A stretch of 63,755 bases of DNA, filler included, from an uncultured bacterium (GCA_964471275.1; 2 parts of 2 records of this genome joined end to end with filler, not necessarily neighbours in it); one strand, 5' to 3'. Positions 40,695 to 49,837 are shown, counted from the whole stretch's first letter. Numbers and translations: made by a program. The notes: generated by a model from the letters alone, not told the origin.

Positions 40695-41848
40695 CCTTTC
40701 TGCCCCCGTGCTCCTCCGCCTGGCGCCATCCTCTCAAGATCTGCCGCTGCCTCGATGAACCGTCCCAGCTGTCGATAGGCCTCACCGCGGGCCGATATCG
40801 CGAATATGTCCTCGGGATCGAGAGCGATCGCACGGTTGTAGTCTTCGAGTGCCTCCTCGCAGCGATCCAGCTGTCGGTAGGTCTCGCCTCGACGGGCCCA
40901 GATCCAACTGTCCTGACCGTCGATCGCAATCGCTCGGTCGAAGTCGGCAAGCGCCTTCTCGAACTCATACATCCTGCGGTAGGTTTCCGCACGACCGGCC
41001 AACGCCGGGGCATCCTCTGCATCCAGAGCGATCGCACGGTCAAAGTCCTCGAGCGCGGACTGAAACTGGTTCTGCTGTCGGTAGGTTTCGCCGCGCCCGG
41101 CCAGGGCTGCTGGCGATTCGCCAAATGTCTCGATTAGAAGGGAGAAATCATCGAGTGCTTCGTCAAGTCGTCCGGACTGTCGATATGCGATGCCCCGACT
41201 CATAAGAGCGCCGTCGTATTCCGGGTTAATCGACAGCGCTTGCGTAAAGTCAGCCTCGGCCTCTTCCCATCGGCCCTGGATCCGGTACACTTCTCCCCGG
41301 CACGCGTAGGCTTCTGGGTTTCCGGGGTCCCGTGAGATGGAGGCGTTGAAGTCGGCGAGCGCCCTATCGTATTCGCCGATCTCTCTGAAGATGTCCCCCC
41401 GGCCCACAAGCACGCCGGTCATCGACGGATCAAGTCTGAGTGCGGTCGTAAAATCATCAGCCGCTTCCTCGAGTCGGCCCATCACACGCTTTGTGTCCGC
41501 CCGACTGGCGATCACGATCGCATCACCAGGCGCCAGTTCAACGGCACGATCAAAGTCAGAGATCGAGGCGTCGAACTCGCCCGCGAGCCCGCGTGCGATC
41601 GCCCGGTTCGTGTAGAGCCAGCCGTCGTTTGGGCTCCGGGAAATGGCTCCGTCGAGCGCCTCGAGTGCGGCTGGCAGCTGGCCAGTTTGACCCAGCGTAA
41701 TGGCGAGTTCGCCCGCAGCCTGTGCGTGGTCGGGATCGAGTTCGAGCGCGGACCGGAAATCAGCGAGCGCTTGCTCAAACCGGCCCTGATCGCGCACAGC
41801 CAGTCCTCGATCGACAAGCTCATCGGCGGAATGTGACACGTCTGGCAT
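40691..41848 (-). CDS. Tetratricopeptide repeat protein
   Basis: About 11 regular 34-aa TPRs (RG..Y...G..E.A..DF..AI.LDP); GTGA overlap with ycaO. Confidence 0.92.
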   Translation of the reverse strand: MPDVSHSADELVDRGLAVRDQGRFEQALADFRSALELDPDHAQAAGELAITLGQTGQLPAALEALDGAISRSPNDGWLYTNRAIARGLAGEFDASISDFDRAVELAPGDAIVIASRADTKRVMGRLEEAADDFTTALRLDPSMTGVLVGRGDIFREIGEYDRALADFNASISRDPGNPEAYACRGEVYRIQGRWEEAEADFTQALSINPEYDGALMSRGIAYRQSGRLDEALDDFSLLIETFGESPAALAGRGETYRQQNQFQSALEDFDRAIALDAEDAPALAGRAETYRRMYEFEKALADFDRAIAIDGQDSWIWARRGETYRQLDRCEEALEDYNRAIALDPEDIFAISARGEAYRQLGRFIEAAADLERMAPGGGARGQKG

Positions 41849-41943
41849 TGGGGGTCCAAAGAGATTGCGGAGGCGTACGATCAGCAGAAGGGAGGTCTGA
41901 AGAACGGGACGCTACTTCCGAAAACACAACAAGATAATGCGAA

Positions 41944-41973
41944 AAAGTAACCCACGCGCAGTGGCGTTGTCAA
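41944..41973 (-). promoter_or_regulatory. Putative sigma70 promoter for the TPR-YcaO operon
   Basis: Minus strand TTGACA-N18-TACTTT. Confidence 0.45.
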
Positions 41974-41992
41974 GCAAGCGACCCGAATCCCC

Positions 41993-42022
41993 TTGACGCG
42001 CTCTGTGCGCGATCATTAATAT
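41993..42022 (+). promoter_or_regulatory. Putative divergent sigma70 promoter
   Basis: TTGACG-N18-TAATAT upstream of the 42065 ORF. Confidence 0.35.
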
Positions 42023-42064
42023 CGACTCGACTGGGGATCCACCTGAAGACACAGCCGGAGAAAG

Positions 42065-42787
42065 ATGGCAGAAAAAAAGTCGAGCAACCCGTTTGAACGA
42101 ATCCTGAATGCATCGAACCGCATCCATCTCGACAACCCCTTCAGGACGAACAGCGAACTCCGGACAAAGCACTTCCCGGGCGCAGGCAATAAGTTGTCTC
42201 ACGCAAAATTGATCAGTGCCTATCTCGCCGAAATCGATGGGCCATCACCTGACTGGCAGCTGGTCGCACACGGAACTTGGCCCTGGGTTATCGGTCACGG
42301 TCACGACCTGGCCGCACTGGCCGGTGACCTCGAACAGGCTGCCCGGTCGAGCGAGGTCACGTTCCCGTCAGCAAGACGGAAAGCCTTTGTCGACCAATTT
42401 TCCGAGGACGGAACGACGGAGATAGAGGCATTCCTTGGTGTGTTCGTCAACGCCGGAGATGAATTCCAGAAGGCTGTTCTGCAGAAGCTACGCGATTCGC
42501 AGGCAGATCGTCCTGAGCAATTGGTTCCGACACCCGCACAGCCACGGTCTGCGCCCCCCCCTCCCTCAGAGCCCCCAAAACCCTCAGTCGCGGATCTCGA
42601 TCCGATTACACGGGCAAAGATGGCTTTGATCGGAACGGTATTCTGTTTCGCCCTGTCGCTGATTCCACTGGCGATCCAGTTCTGGCGACAGCCCGATGAG
42701 GCCCACTGGGTTGTAACCTCGATATCCGGCTTCCTCGCCCTGCTGACACTCGCCTTTGTCATCGATTATCTGCGAAAGAGACCTTGA
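42065..42787 (+). CDS. Hypothetical protein with Pro-rich linker and two C-terminal TM helices
   Basis: 240 aa, GGAG RBS, APPPPSEPPKP linker, two hydrophobic segments. Confidence 0.7.
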   Translation: MAEKKSSNPFERILNASNRIHLDNPFRTNSELRTKHFPGAGNKLSHAKLISAYLAEIDGPSPDWQLVAHGTWPWVIGHGHDLAALAGDLEQAARSSEVTFPSARRKAFVDQFSEDGTTEIEAFLGVFVNAGDEFQKAVLQKLRDSQADRPEQLVPTPAQPRSAPPPPSEPPKPSVADLDPITRAKMALIGTVFCFALSLIPLAIQFWRQPDEAHWVVTSISGFLALLTLAFVIDYLRKRP

Positions 42788-42862
42788 TCTCTCTATTGAA
42801 TGACACAGGAATGGCCCCGATACGTTGAGGTGACGGGGCCATTCACCTGCCTGTTGATTCGA

Positions 42863-44146
42863 TTACTCCGCGATCGAACGCCCGAAATTCTCGACAAAAG
42901 TCAGGAAATCAGAAAAATCCACCGAGCCGCTCTGGTCGACATCGTATACGGGGTCGGTCGTGCCAAACGCACCGGCGAAACCGAGGAAATCAACGAAATC
43001 CACCGAGCCGCTGCCATCGAAGTCTGTTCGCGTATCCGCCGGGATGGCCTGTCCGGCACCCGTGATGTCTACCGCGACCGAAGCCTTATCTGGGTCGTCA
43101 CTCAGAACCGTAACGGTGCCGGTGAACGCTCCCTCACCCGACGGCTGCACGGTAACCGTGATCGTTCTCGATTCTCCCGGTCCCAGCGTGAAGGCCTGGT
43201 CGGATACCGTCAGGCTTGTCAGATCACTCTGGACATCTGTAACCGTCAGCGGTCCGAGACCCTCGTTCCGGATCTCAATTGTCCGAGACAGGGATCGTCC
43301 CACCTCGATCGTGCCGTAGTCGACCTGTTCGGTCGGTAATGCGATCGCTGGTGGCAAACCGCCTTCGATCAGAATACTCGAGATCGGGAGCGACCAGTTC
43401 TTCTCGTTCGTCACGACTTCGACTGATCCGGTAAGCGTTCCTTCTCGCGTCGGGCTCAGCGTGATCGTAAACTGCTCGCTGGCGTTTGGACTCACCGTGA
43501 ATGCGGTGCGGTCAACGGTGACCTGATCCGATGAGGGTCGGATTGCCGTCACCTCCAGGTCTACCAAACCCGTGTTCTCGACGGTAATCTCGATCTTTCG
43601 CTCAACACCAACCTCACCTCTCGTCCCCCAATACAGCGACTTGGGCTTCAACTCAGACACAGGCATCGGATCGTTGATGAGATCGATCAGATCGACAACC
43701 TTGTCTCGATCCGCGACGCTCAGGATCCCGCGAACGATTCCGCCAGGATCGACGACGATGATATTCTCGACACCCAGTCCCCAGGGCATCCCATCGCTCG
43801 TTCCATTCTGCAGCAGCAGGAACTTGACCTGGGTGACAAACTGATACGCGTTCAGCTGGGTCGCCGACCCATTCCACAGATCGACGCCCACCATCTCGAA
43901 ATTCTTGTCTCGCGTTACGTCGACAATCTCTTCTTGCACGAACGGACCCGCCGCTCTGCAGACGCCTCAGTCGTGGCCCAGAAGAAAGATACCCAGGATC
44001 TTCCCTCGATATTGCGACGGGCTTCGGAAGGTGCCGTTCAGGTCGGGCAGCGTGAAATCGTGAATCGGTTGGCCCACAAGCGTCTGACCGACACTGGGGG
44101 CCGCGGCCGCAAGGAAGAGCAGTACCCCGGCTGTCAGTTTTCTCAT
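42863..44146 (-). CDS. Secreted selenoprotein: redoxin/AhpC-TSA domain (UxxC) + two Ig-like (ASH/choice-of-anchor D-like) domains + dockerin/EF-hand-like tail
   Basis: GGAGG RBS, ATG 44146, signal peptide MRKLTAGVLLFLAAAAPSVG, DFTLPDLNG...YRGKILGIFLLGHD-TGA(43969-43967)-GVC, then in frame into the track ORF 42863..43939; 427 aa with U60. Confidence 0.88.
43935..43960 (-). promoter_or_regulatory. Bacterial SECIS-like hairpin just 3' of the Sec UGA
   Basis: mRNA UGA GGCGUC UGCA GAGCGG CGGGU CCGUUC G UGCA: a 6-bp upper stem plus a 4-bp lower stem, with a G-rich apical loop. Confidence 0.72.
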
Positions 44147-44400
44147 TCTATCCTCCGTAGTACTAACTCCCCGTAAGCCGGAAGGTCCTTTGCTTTCACC
44201 GGGGAAATATCGTCAATTCAGCAGAACGCTTTCCGAGTATGCCAAAACCGTTCCGGAATTCCTCTCAGAACTGTAACCACCTGAAATTAAAAATCTTAGG
44301 GACACAAACCGGGATCAAAGATCAGGCGGCCGAATACCTGTATCGGATGCAAGCGTGAGACCCCCCGGCAGACTCTAGCGGTCGCAGAAGAGCAGCGCAC

Positions 44401-45963
44401 CTAGAAACGGGTCAGAATGCGCAGCTCGGCTCCCCGGAACGCCAGCACCTCGTAGCAGGTTCCGGATGTGCAGGCTGTCCCTCCCCGTCGCTCGCCGGCA
44501 AAGAGCAGGGCCTCATAGCGGTTGAATCGGGCATTCGCATGGATGGAAAAGAACCGAACCGGTTCCGTCTCGAACGCCAGTGTCTCGGGCAGGTCGGTCT
44601 CCGACAGGTTGGTCGAGCGATCCATCACAAGCGCCGCACCGAACCCGGCGGGAGATTGCCAGGACAACTGCGCATAGGTGTCCCAGTACCACGGTTCCAC
44701 GCCAAAGGGCAGTTTGCCTCTCTGGAGTTCCAGGCTCAACTCGAAGGACTGCCCCGCGGACGTCGTTGTCCCTAGAAGAACCCCACCCGTGCGGTGCGCG
44801 GTTAGCGCCTCCAGCTCGTCCCTGCCCCAATCAATGAAGACGGAGGCGTTCTGCGCGGAAGGAAGGAAATCCAGATCGAGCCCTATATACCGTTCCTCGA
44901 AAACCGTCGATACCCGAGCGGACAGCTGGTTCTTCCCTCGACTAACATTTCCCGTCACCGTGACAATCCCCGGAATGGGGTATACCGCTTCGATCTGGTA
45001 ACCCTTTTCGTTCAACGTCTGTAGAATGTGCGTGTTCCGGTTGAGCAGATAGGCGGCGTGTTCACGAACCAGCTGCGGAGGATCGTTGGCGAGCAAATCG
45101 AAATTGTCGTAGTCCTTGTATTCGACGCTGAAGCCGAAAGAACCGATTCCGAAATTGCCTGCCAGGTAGCGACCGTGTCCGTCACTCGTGAATTTCTCTC
45201 TACGACCCAGCTCCGCATACAGATCGCCACACACCGAAGTCAGCCCAGTCCGTTCGAACAAGGGGCCGAGTTCGAGCCCTGCCAGCCACGACCAGGCGTA
45301 GCTGTTGTCGACCCCATCCGGGCGCAGGTTCACGGCCGTCCCCCCGATCTTCAGCGCTGGAAAAGGCCGCACGTGGACCTCACCACCCAGGATCCAGTCT
45401 TCCCGACGGTCGCTCCCAACGCCTACCAGCTTTTCAAACAAACTGATCGAGTCCGGATAACCTGGTGAGATGTCGCCGGCAACGGGACGACCGGCCAGCG
45501 CCTTGACCTCGAACAGGTCATCAGACCACGACACCAACCCACCTTCCATATCCTGCGTGTTCGTATACCGCTGCCTGAATAGCGCGCTTTCGATGATCGA
45601 ACCGGACAGCTCGAAGGCACGCATCGTCAGCCCGCGACCCAGGATTCCGGTAAAATTCCCACCGGTAACGTATGCGGGTCCATTAGACCACAACACATAT
45701 CGTTCGCTGAGAAACGTCATCCTTCTGTCCTCGACGGATGCCCGGTAGATCTCGAACCGGCCCCCGGCCTGGATTGCACCCATCGTGTAATCGACGCTGA
45801 ACTGCTCATACACATTCGAGAAATCCTCGGCATCTTCGTTCGGCACGCGTCCGCGCTGTGCCTCCGTAACACTCGTTACCGATAGCTGTCCGGCAACCCG
45901 TTCGGGCAAGTGGACCCACGACACCAGAAAAATGATCAGACAGATTCGGCTCAGCATTCTCAT
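44401..45963 (-). CDS. DUF6029-like outer-membrane beta-barrel protein
   Basis: Signal peptide, GRGLTMRAFE, SVEYKDY, C-terminal RRGGTACTSGTCYEV...RILTRF ending in Phe; ATGA-coupled to TlpA. Confidence 0.75.
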   Translation of the reverse strand: MRMLSRICLIIFLVSWVHLPERVAGQLSVTSVTEAQRGRVPNEDAEDFSNVYEQFSVDYTMGAIQAGGRFEIYRASVEDRRMTFLSERYVLWSNGPAYVTGGNFTGILGRGLTMRAFELSGSIIESALFRQRYTNTQDMEGGLVSWSDDLFEVKALAGRPVAGDISPGYPDSISLFEKLVGVGSDRREDWILGGEVHVRPFPALKIGGTAVNLRPDGVDNSYAWSWLAGLELGPLFERTGLTSVCGDLYAELGRREKFTSDGHGRYLAGNFGIGSFGFSVEYKDYDNFDLLANDPPQLVREHAAYLLNRNTHILQTLNEKGYQIEAVYPIPGIVTVTGNVSRGKNQLSARVSTVFEERYIGLDLDFLPSAQNASVFIDWGRDELEALTAHRTGGVLLGTTTSAGQSFELSLELQRGKLPFGVEPWYWDTYAQLSWQSPAGFGAALVMDRSTNLSETDLPETLAFETEPVRFFSIHANARFNRYEALLFAGERRGGTACTSGTCYEVLAFRGAELRILTRF

Positions 45964-46484
45964 TCGGAGGCAGACTCCTTAGATGTCTCGAGACCGAGAA
46001 CAGATTCGATCGCATCGATCAGAAGATCTTCCTGGCCCTTCACAAAACCGGTTTGCCGAAAAACAATCTCACCGTCCTGATCGATCAACACCGTGCTGGG
46101 CAAAGCGGACACACGCATCCGCTTCCGGACCCCGCCATCCAGATCGAGTGCGATCGGAAAAGTGAGCTTCCGTGCCCTCAGAAACGGCTTCACCGTCGGC
46201 TGACCTCGAGGTCCATCCTCGTTGACACCTACGACGATCAGACCCCGTGTATGATACTGATCGTGGATCTCCTGAATCTTCGGCATTGCCTTGACACAGG
46301 GCTTGCACCACGTTGCCCAGAAGTCGAGCAGTACAGGCCCGTCCTCGAGCATCGACTTCAAATGGACGCGTCTACCCTCGGGTGATCGAAGATTGAAATC
46401 GGGCGCCAGATCAGATGCGGCAATGGGACGAGTAAGTGACAACACCACACAAACTAGGAAGCAACGAATGGCGACTCTCGTCAT
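45960..46484 (-). CDS. TlpA-like disulfide reductase (thioredoxin fold)
   Basis: Signal peptide, APDFNL, LLDFWATWCKPC, ALPSTVLIDQDG. Confidence 0.93.
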   Translation of the reverse strand: MTRVAIRCFLVCVVLSLTRPIAASDLAPDFNLRSPEGRRVHLKSMLEDGPVLLDFWATWCKPCVKAMPKIQEIHDQYHTRGLIVVGVNEDGPRGQPTVKPFLRARKLTFPIALDLDGGVRKRMRVSALPSTVLIDQDGEIVFRQTGFVKGQEDLLIDAIESVLGLETSKESASE

Positions 46485-46729
46485 AGAATCCTCCAGCTAT
46501 CAATTCGAGACAGACCTCCGGGAAAGGTCGTGCAAATAGTTTTCCCAACTTAGGCAGGAATGTCCAGATGCGGCGCTATTGCACTGTTAACAAACAATTT
46601 AGCCGCCCAATACGGATGTCATTCCGTAACTGAGCGGCTTCTGCTCAAGTGAGATCATCTCACGATTTCGGTATGGCCTGGGAGGATCGCGTGCAGTACA
46701 CAACGACCGATCCCCGCACAATCAGCCGT

Positions 46730-47044
46730 TCACGTGCACCCTGTCGGTGTTGGCAATCCGGCAATCTTGCACGCACCGTCTGCTGGCCCATCGGGAAACA
46801 GATCATAGATCGTATCGATATCCTTCTGGGTGACCTTGCACAGACGCCGGATCAGCGGCGCGATCTCGAACTTCAGGTAGTATTCTCGGATATAGTTCAC
46901 GACAGACCAGTGATCGTCGGTCATCTCCCCGATCCCAATTCCCCTCGCGATATCCCGAGCAACCGCTTCATCCCAGCGTTCAGGCTGTTGGATGAACCCC
47001 TCGTCATCCACATCGATTTCCTTGCCCCCCAGCATCGTCGTCAT
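46730..47044 (-). CDS. dsrC: DsrC/TusE family sulfur-relay protein, two-Cys C-terminus
   Basis: VDDEGFI...WDE.VA, HWSVVNYIR, LFPDGPADGACKIAGLPTPTGCT (CX10C); ATG 47044 with GGAG upstream. Confidence 0.9.
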   Translation of the reverse strand: MTTMLGGKEIDVDDEGFIQQPERWDEAVARDIARGIGIGEMTDDHWSVVNYIREYYLKFEIAPLIRRLCKVTQKDIDTIYDLFPDGPADGACKIAGLPTPTGCT

Positions 47045-47085
47045 AACTGCCACGTAATTCTCCAGTCCAGATATGTGCGCCAACT

Positions 47086-47178
47086 CGTTCCAAAAGGGCA
47101 GAAACGTTCCAGGTTCCACAAGACCTGACGCACCTGGGCCCTTGGAACCTGGAACGCTCTTCCTTCAGTTTTGGAACG
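47086..47178. repeat. Dispersed palindromic repeat family A, copy 2
   Basis: Nested IRs: CGTTCCAAAA/TTTTGGAACG outside, perfect CGTTCCAGGTTCCA/TGGAACCTGGAACG (47105-47156) inside. Confidence 0.7.
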
Positions 47179-47187
47179 CCTCTTCTT

Positions 47188-48357
47188 TCAATCTCCGTGC
47201 CGGGTACTGATGTCTCTCAGCCCCGCGAGCAGCGCATCCACGTGTTCATCCGTGTTGAACGGGCCGAGCGAAATCCTCACCGTTCCTTTTCGCGACACCG
47301 TATCGAGCCGCTGATGAACACGCGGCGCACACAGAAGTCCGGTTCGCGTTGCGATCCCGAATTTCACATCCAGCAGGGTGCCGACGTTGTTGGCGGTCAT
47401 CCCGTCGACATTCACCGACACAACGGGCAGACGATCCTCACTGCGAGTGTCGCCATAGACGGTAAGACCATCCGTCTCTGCCAGTCCGTCCAGCAGACGA
47501 CGTGTCAGAGACCGCTCCCTGGCCTCGATCGTGTTGAGTCCCCGCTCTGCGATCCAGTCCAGGGCGGCGTGCATCCCCGCAATCCCGAGAAGGTTGATCG
47601 TCCCGCACTCCAGCCGCCAGGGATACGCCTCAAGGTGATCCAGTTGTTCCGATCGGACACCCGTTCCCCCGTATCGAAGCGGGGCAACATCGATGCCTTC
47701 TCTCACATACATCCCGCCGATCCCGCTCGGTCCCATCAACGACTTGTGGCCTGTAAAACAGACGATATCCACGCACATCGCTTCCATATCGATCGGAATC
47801 ATCCCGGCCGTTTGGGCGACATCCAGAATCAGCGTCACTTCTGCGTCACGGCAGATCCGACCGATATCCGCAATCGGCTGCACGGTACCCAGTGCGTTCG
47901 AACCGTGTGACATCACCACAGCCTTCGTGTCAGGGCGCAGGGCCTCGCTGCAAACCTGCGGGTCGACCCGTCCCGTTTTATCGAAAGGCAGATAGGTCGA
48001 TGCGATCCCGTCATATTCGGTCAGGTGATAAACCGGACGAAGAACGGAATTGTGGTCGAGGTCGGTCGTGATCACGTGATCACCGGACGACAGTGTCCCC
48101 TGTATCGCGATGTTCAACGCATCGGAGGCGTTCTGCGTAAACACCAGCCGATCGGGATCCCCCGTTGCGCCGAAGAAGGCTGTAAGCCGCTCGCGAGTCG
48201 ACCGAACCATCTGCTCTGCCTCCACCGCCAGATCCGTTCCGCTCCGCCCGGGGTTCACCCCGTAGCGGCCATACCACGCCATTGCCGAAGCCATCACCTC
48301 GGGAGGCTTTGGGAATGTCGTCGCCGCGTTGTCGCAGTAGATCAGCTCGTCAGCCAC
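47188..48357 (-). CDS. Cysteine desulfurase/selenocysteine lyase family (class V PLP enzyme)
   Basis: IYCDNAATTFPKP, DHNSV.RP, DVAQTAG, FTGHKSL (PLP Lys), RTGLLCAP (catalytic Cys); GTG 48357 after GAGGAG, overlapping the DsrK-like stop. Confidence 0.9.
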   Translation of the reverse strand: MADELIYCDNAATTFPKPPEVMASAMAWYGRYGVNPGRSGTDLAVEAEQMVRSTRERLTAFFGATGDPDRLVFTQNASDALNIAIQGTLSSGDHVITTDLDHNSVLRPVYHLTEYDGIASTYLPFDKTGRVDPQVCSEALRPDTKAVVMSHGSNALGTVQPIADIGRICRDAEVTLILDVAQTAGMIPIDMEAMCVDIVCFTGHKSLMGPSGIGGMYVREGIDVAPLRYGGTGVRSEQLDHLEAYPWRLECGTINLLGIAGMHAALDWIAERGLNTIEARERSLTRRLLDGLAETDGLTVYGDTRSEDRLPVVSVNVDGMTANNVGTLLDVKFGIATRTGLLCAPRVHQRLDTVSRKGTVRISLGPFNTDEHVDALLAGLRDISTRHGD

Positions 48358-49726
48358 TCGCGTTCTCCTCACCTTCGAGCACGATCGCGGAATACACCAG
48401 TTCGTGCACACCCGTCACTTTCTGCGGAAGCTTGTAGTGACGGACCAGTTCCTTCAACTGCGTGCGGCACTGGAGACAGGACGTAGATACCACCTCGGCG
48501 CTCGACGCCTGCAATTGCTCGAGCTTTTTCTTACCCGAAATGTCCATCCGGAAATCGTGGACCGACCGGAGGGCCGAGAGTCCACCGCCGCCACCGCAGC
48601 ACCACTGGGTCGGGCCGCAGGCGTCCATCTCCTCATAGTCTGAACAGGATGCCTTCACGATCGCCCTCGGTTCCTCGACAATGTTGCAGCCCGCCGCAAA
48701 CTGACACGAATCGTGGTAAGTCACACGTTCGGTATTTCGCTCGGGGTCCAACTGGATCGTGTCATTCTCGATCAGATCCGAGGTGTACTCGAAAGCGCTC
48801 GTGATCTCGAATGGAAGCGAGCCCCACCATAGCCCCTCGGCGGCCATGAACTTCATTACCCGGTAGGCGTGTCCGCATTCACCCATCACCATCGTCTTGC
48901 AGCCGATCTTCTCTGCTTCATCGATATAGTGCTTGGCCTCGAAGCGCATCGAAAAATTGTTGCCTGTCGTAAAACCGAAGTTGGCGCCATCGAATGCGCG
49001 GCTGCTCATCGTCCAGCTGGCGCCGGCAGCGTAGAACACTTTTGCCATCCCCATCAGGTTCTCCGCGTAGACCAGTACGTCACCGGACGGTGGGACAAAG
49101 TAGATCTCCGCGCCTTCCGCGTCGATCGAGATCGGAATGTCGAGGCCTGTCTCCTCCTTCAGTTCTTCTTCCAGAAACTGGACACTATCGATCATCGCCT
49201 CGGGTGAAGCGCCTTCGAGATTACCCGTATCGAACGAATTGTCCGTGCCCTGCGCTAATGCAGGGGGTGTCAGGCCCATGTAGTCGACCAGTGACCTGCC
49301 TACACGTGTCACGACCGAGTGATCGATCCCGACGGGGCAATAGGCTGCGCATCGTCGACAGGCCAGACACTCGTACATTCGTTCAGCAAACAGTTCAGCA
49401 TCGTCGTTCTCAAAATCAGGTCTGGGCCAGATCGCATTCTTGAGACGCCCCCACCACGTCGCGTGCTTCCGATAGAGCTGGATGACCTGGCTAGAGCGCT
49501 CGACTGGATGCATGCGTTCCGTGGGCTGCCCATAGTAGACCGGGCACTCCTCTGCACAAATCCCACACTTTGTGCAAATGTCCGCGTAGAGCATGAAGGC
49601 GGAGGGCTCATCCTGGATATCGCGGACAAACGGGTCTGGGTCGGCAACACGACGCATGTAGGCGCCGACCATTCCAGGCGGGATGAATTTCTTGTCGCGA
49701 TCTGTCTGTGTTGTGAAGTTGGGCAA
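48350..49726 (-). CDS. DsrK/HmcF-like heterodisulfide-reductase-type Fe-S protein (CCG domain)
   Basis: CTKCGICAEECP, CLACRRCAAYCP, GECGH, YHDSC, CCGGGGG, SCLQC. Start uncertain (TTG 49726, ATG 49672 or ATG 49657). Confidence 0.88.
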   Translation of the reverse strand: MPNFTTQTDRDKKFIPPGMVGAYMRRVADPDPFVRDIQDEPSAFMLYADICTKCGICAEECPVYYGQPTERMHPVERSSQVIQLYRKHATWWGRLKNAIWPRPDFENDDAELFAERMYECLACRRCAAYCPVGIDHSVVTRVGRSLVDYMGLTPPALAQGTDNSFDTGNLEGASPEAMIDSVQFLEEELKEETGLDIPISIDAEGAEIYFVPPSGDVLVYAENLMGMAKVFYAAGASWTMSSRAFDGANFGFTTGNNFSMRFEAKHYIDEAEKIGCKTMVMGECGHAYRVMKFMAAEGLWWGSLPFEITSAFEYTSDLIENDTIQLDPERNTERVTYHDSCQFAAGCNIVEEPRAIVKASCSDYEEMDACGPTQWCCGGGGGLSALRSVHDFRMDISGKKKLEQLQASSAEVVSTSCLQCRTQLKELVRHYKLPQKVTGVHELVYSAIVLEGEENASG

Positions 49727-49837
49727 GGGGTGTCGGGTGTCGGGTGTCGGGTGTCGGGTGTCGGGTGTCGGGTGTCGGGTGTCGGCAAGTCGGCAAGTCG
49801 GCAAGTCGGCAAGTCGGCAAGTCGGCAAGTCGGCAAG
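49722..49837. repeat. Compound tandem repeat: (GGGTGTC)x8 + (GGCAAGTC)x6 + partial unit
   Basis: 7-mers at 49728-49783, 8-mers at 49784-49831; GGCAAGG at both 49722-49728 and 49832-49838. Confidence 0.95.

Noticed and set aside
46529..46550. Sigma54-like GG-N10-GC upstream of TlpA
   Set aside because: The -24 element (TGGGAA) matches TGGCAC poorly and no activator gene is nearby.
46611..46663. Three consecutive mini-hairpins between dsrC and TlpA as a tRNA or ncRNA
   Set aside because: No acceptor stem, T-loop or CCA; short stems are expected by chance. No tRNA, including tRNA-Sec, or rRNA was recognised anywhere in the window.
49722..49837. Tandem repeat as a CRISPR array, or as coding PTPDTRH/ADLPTCR repeats
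   Set aside because: Units are 7-8 nt with no spacers and no cas genes in the window. The peptide repeats appear in all frames as a by-product of the DNA repeat.
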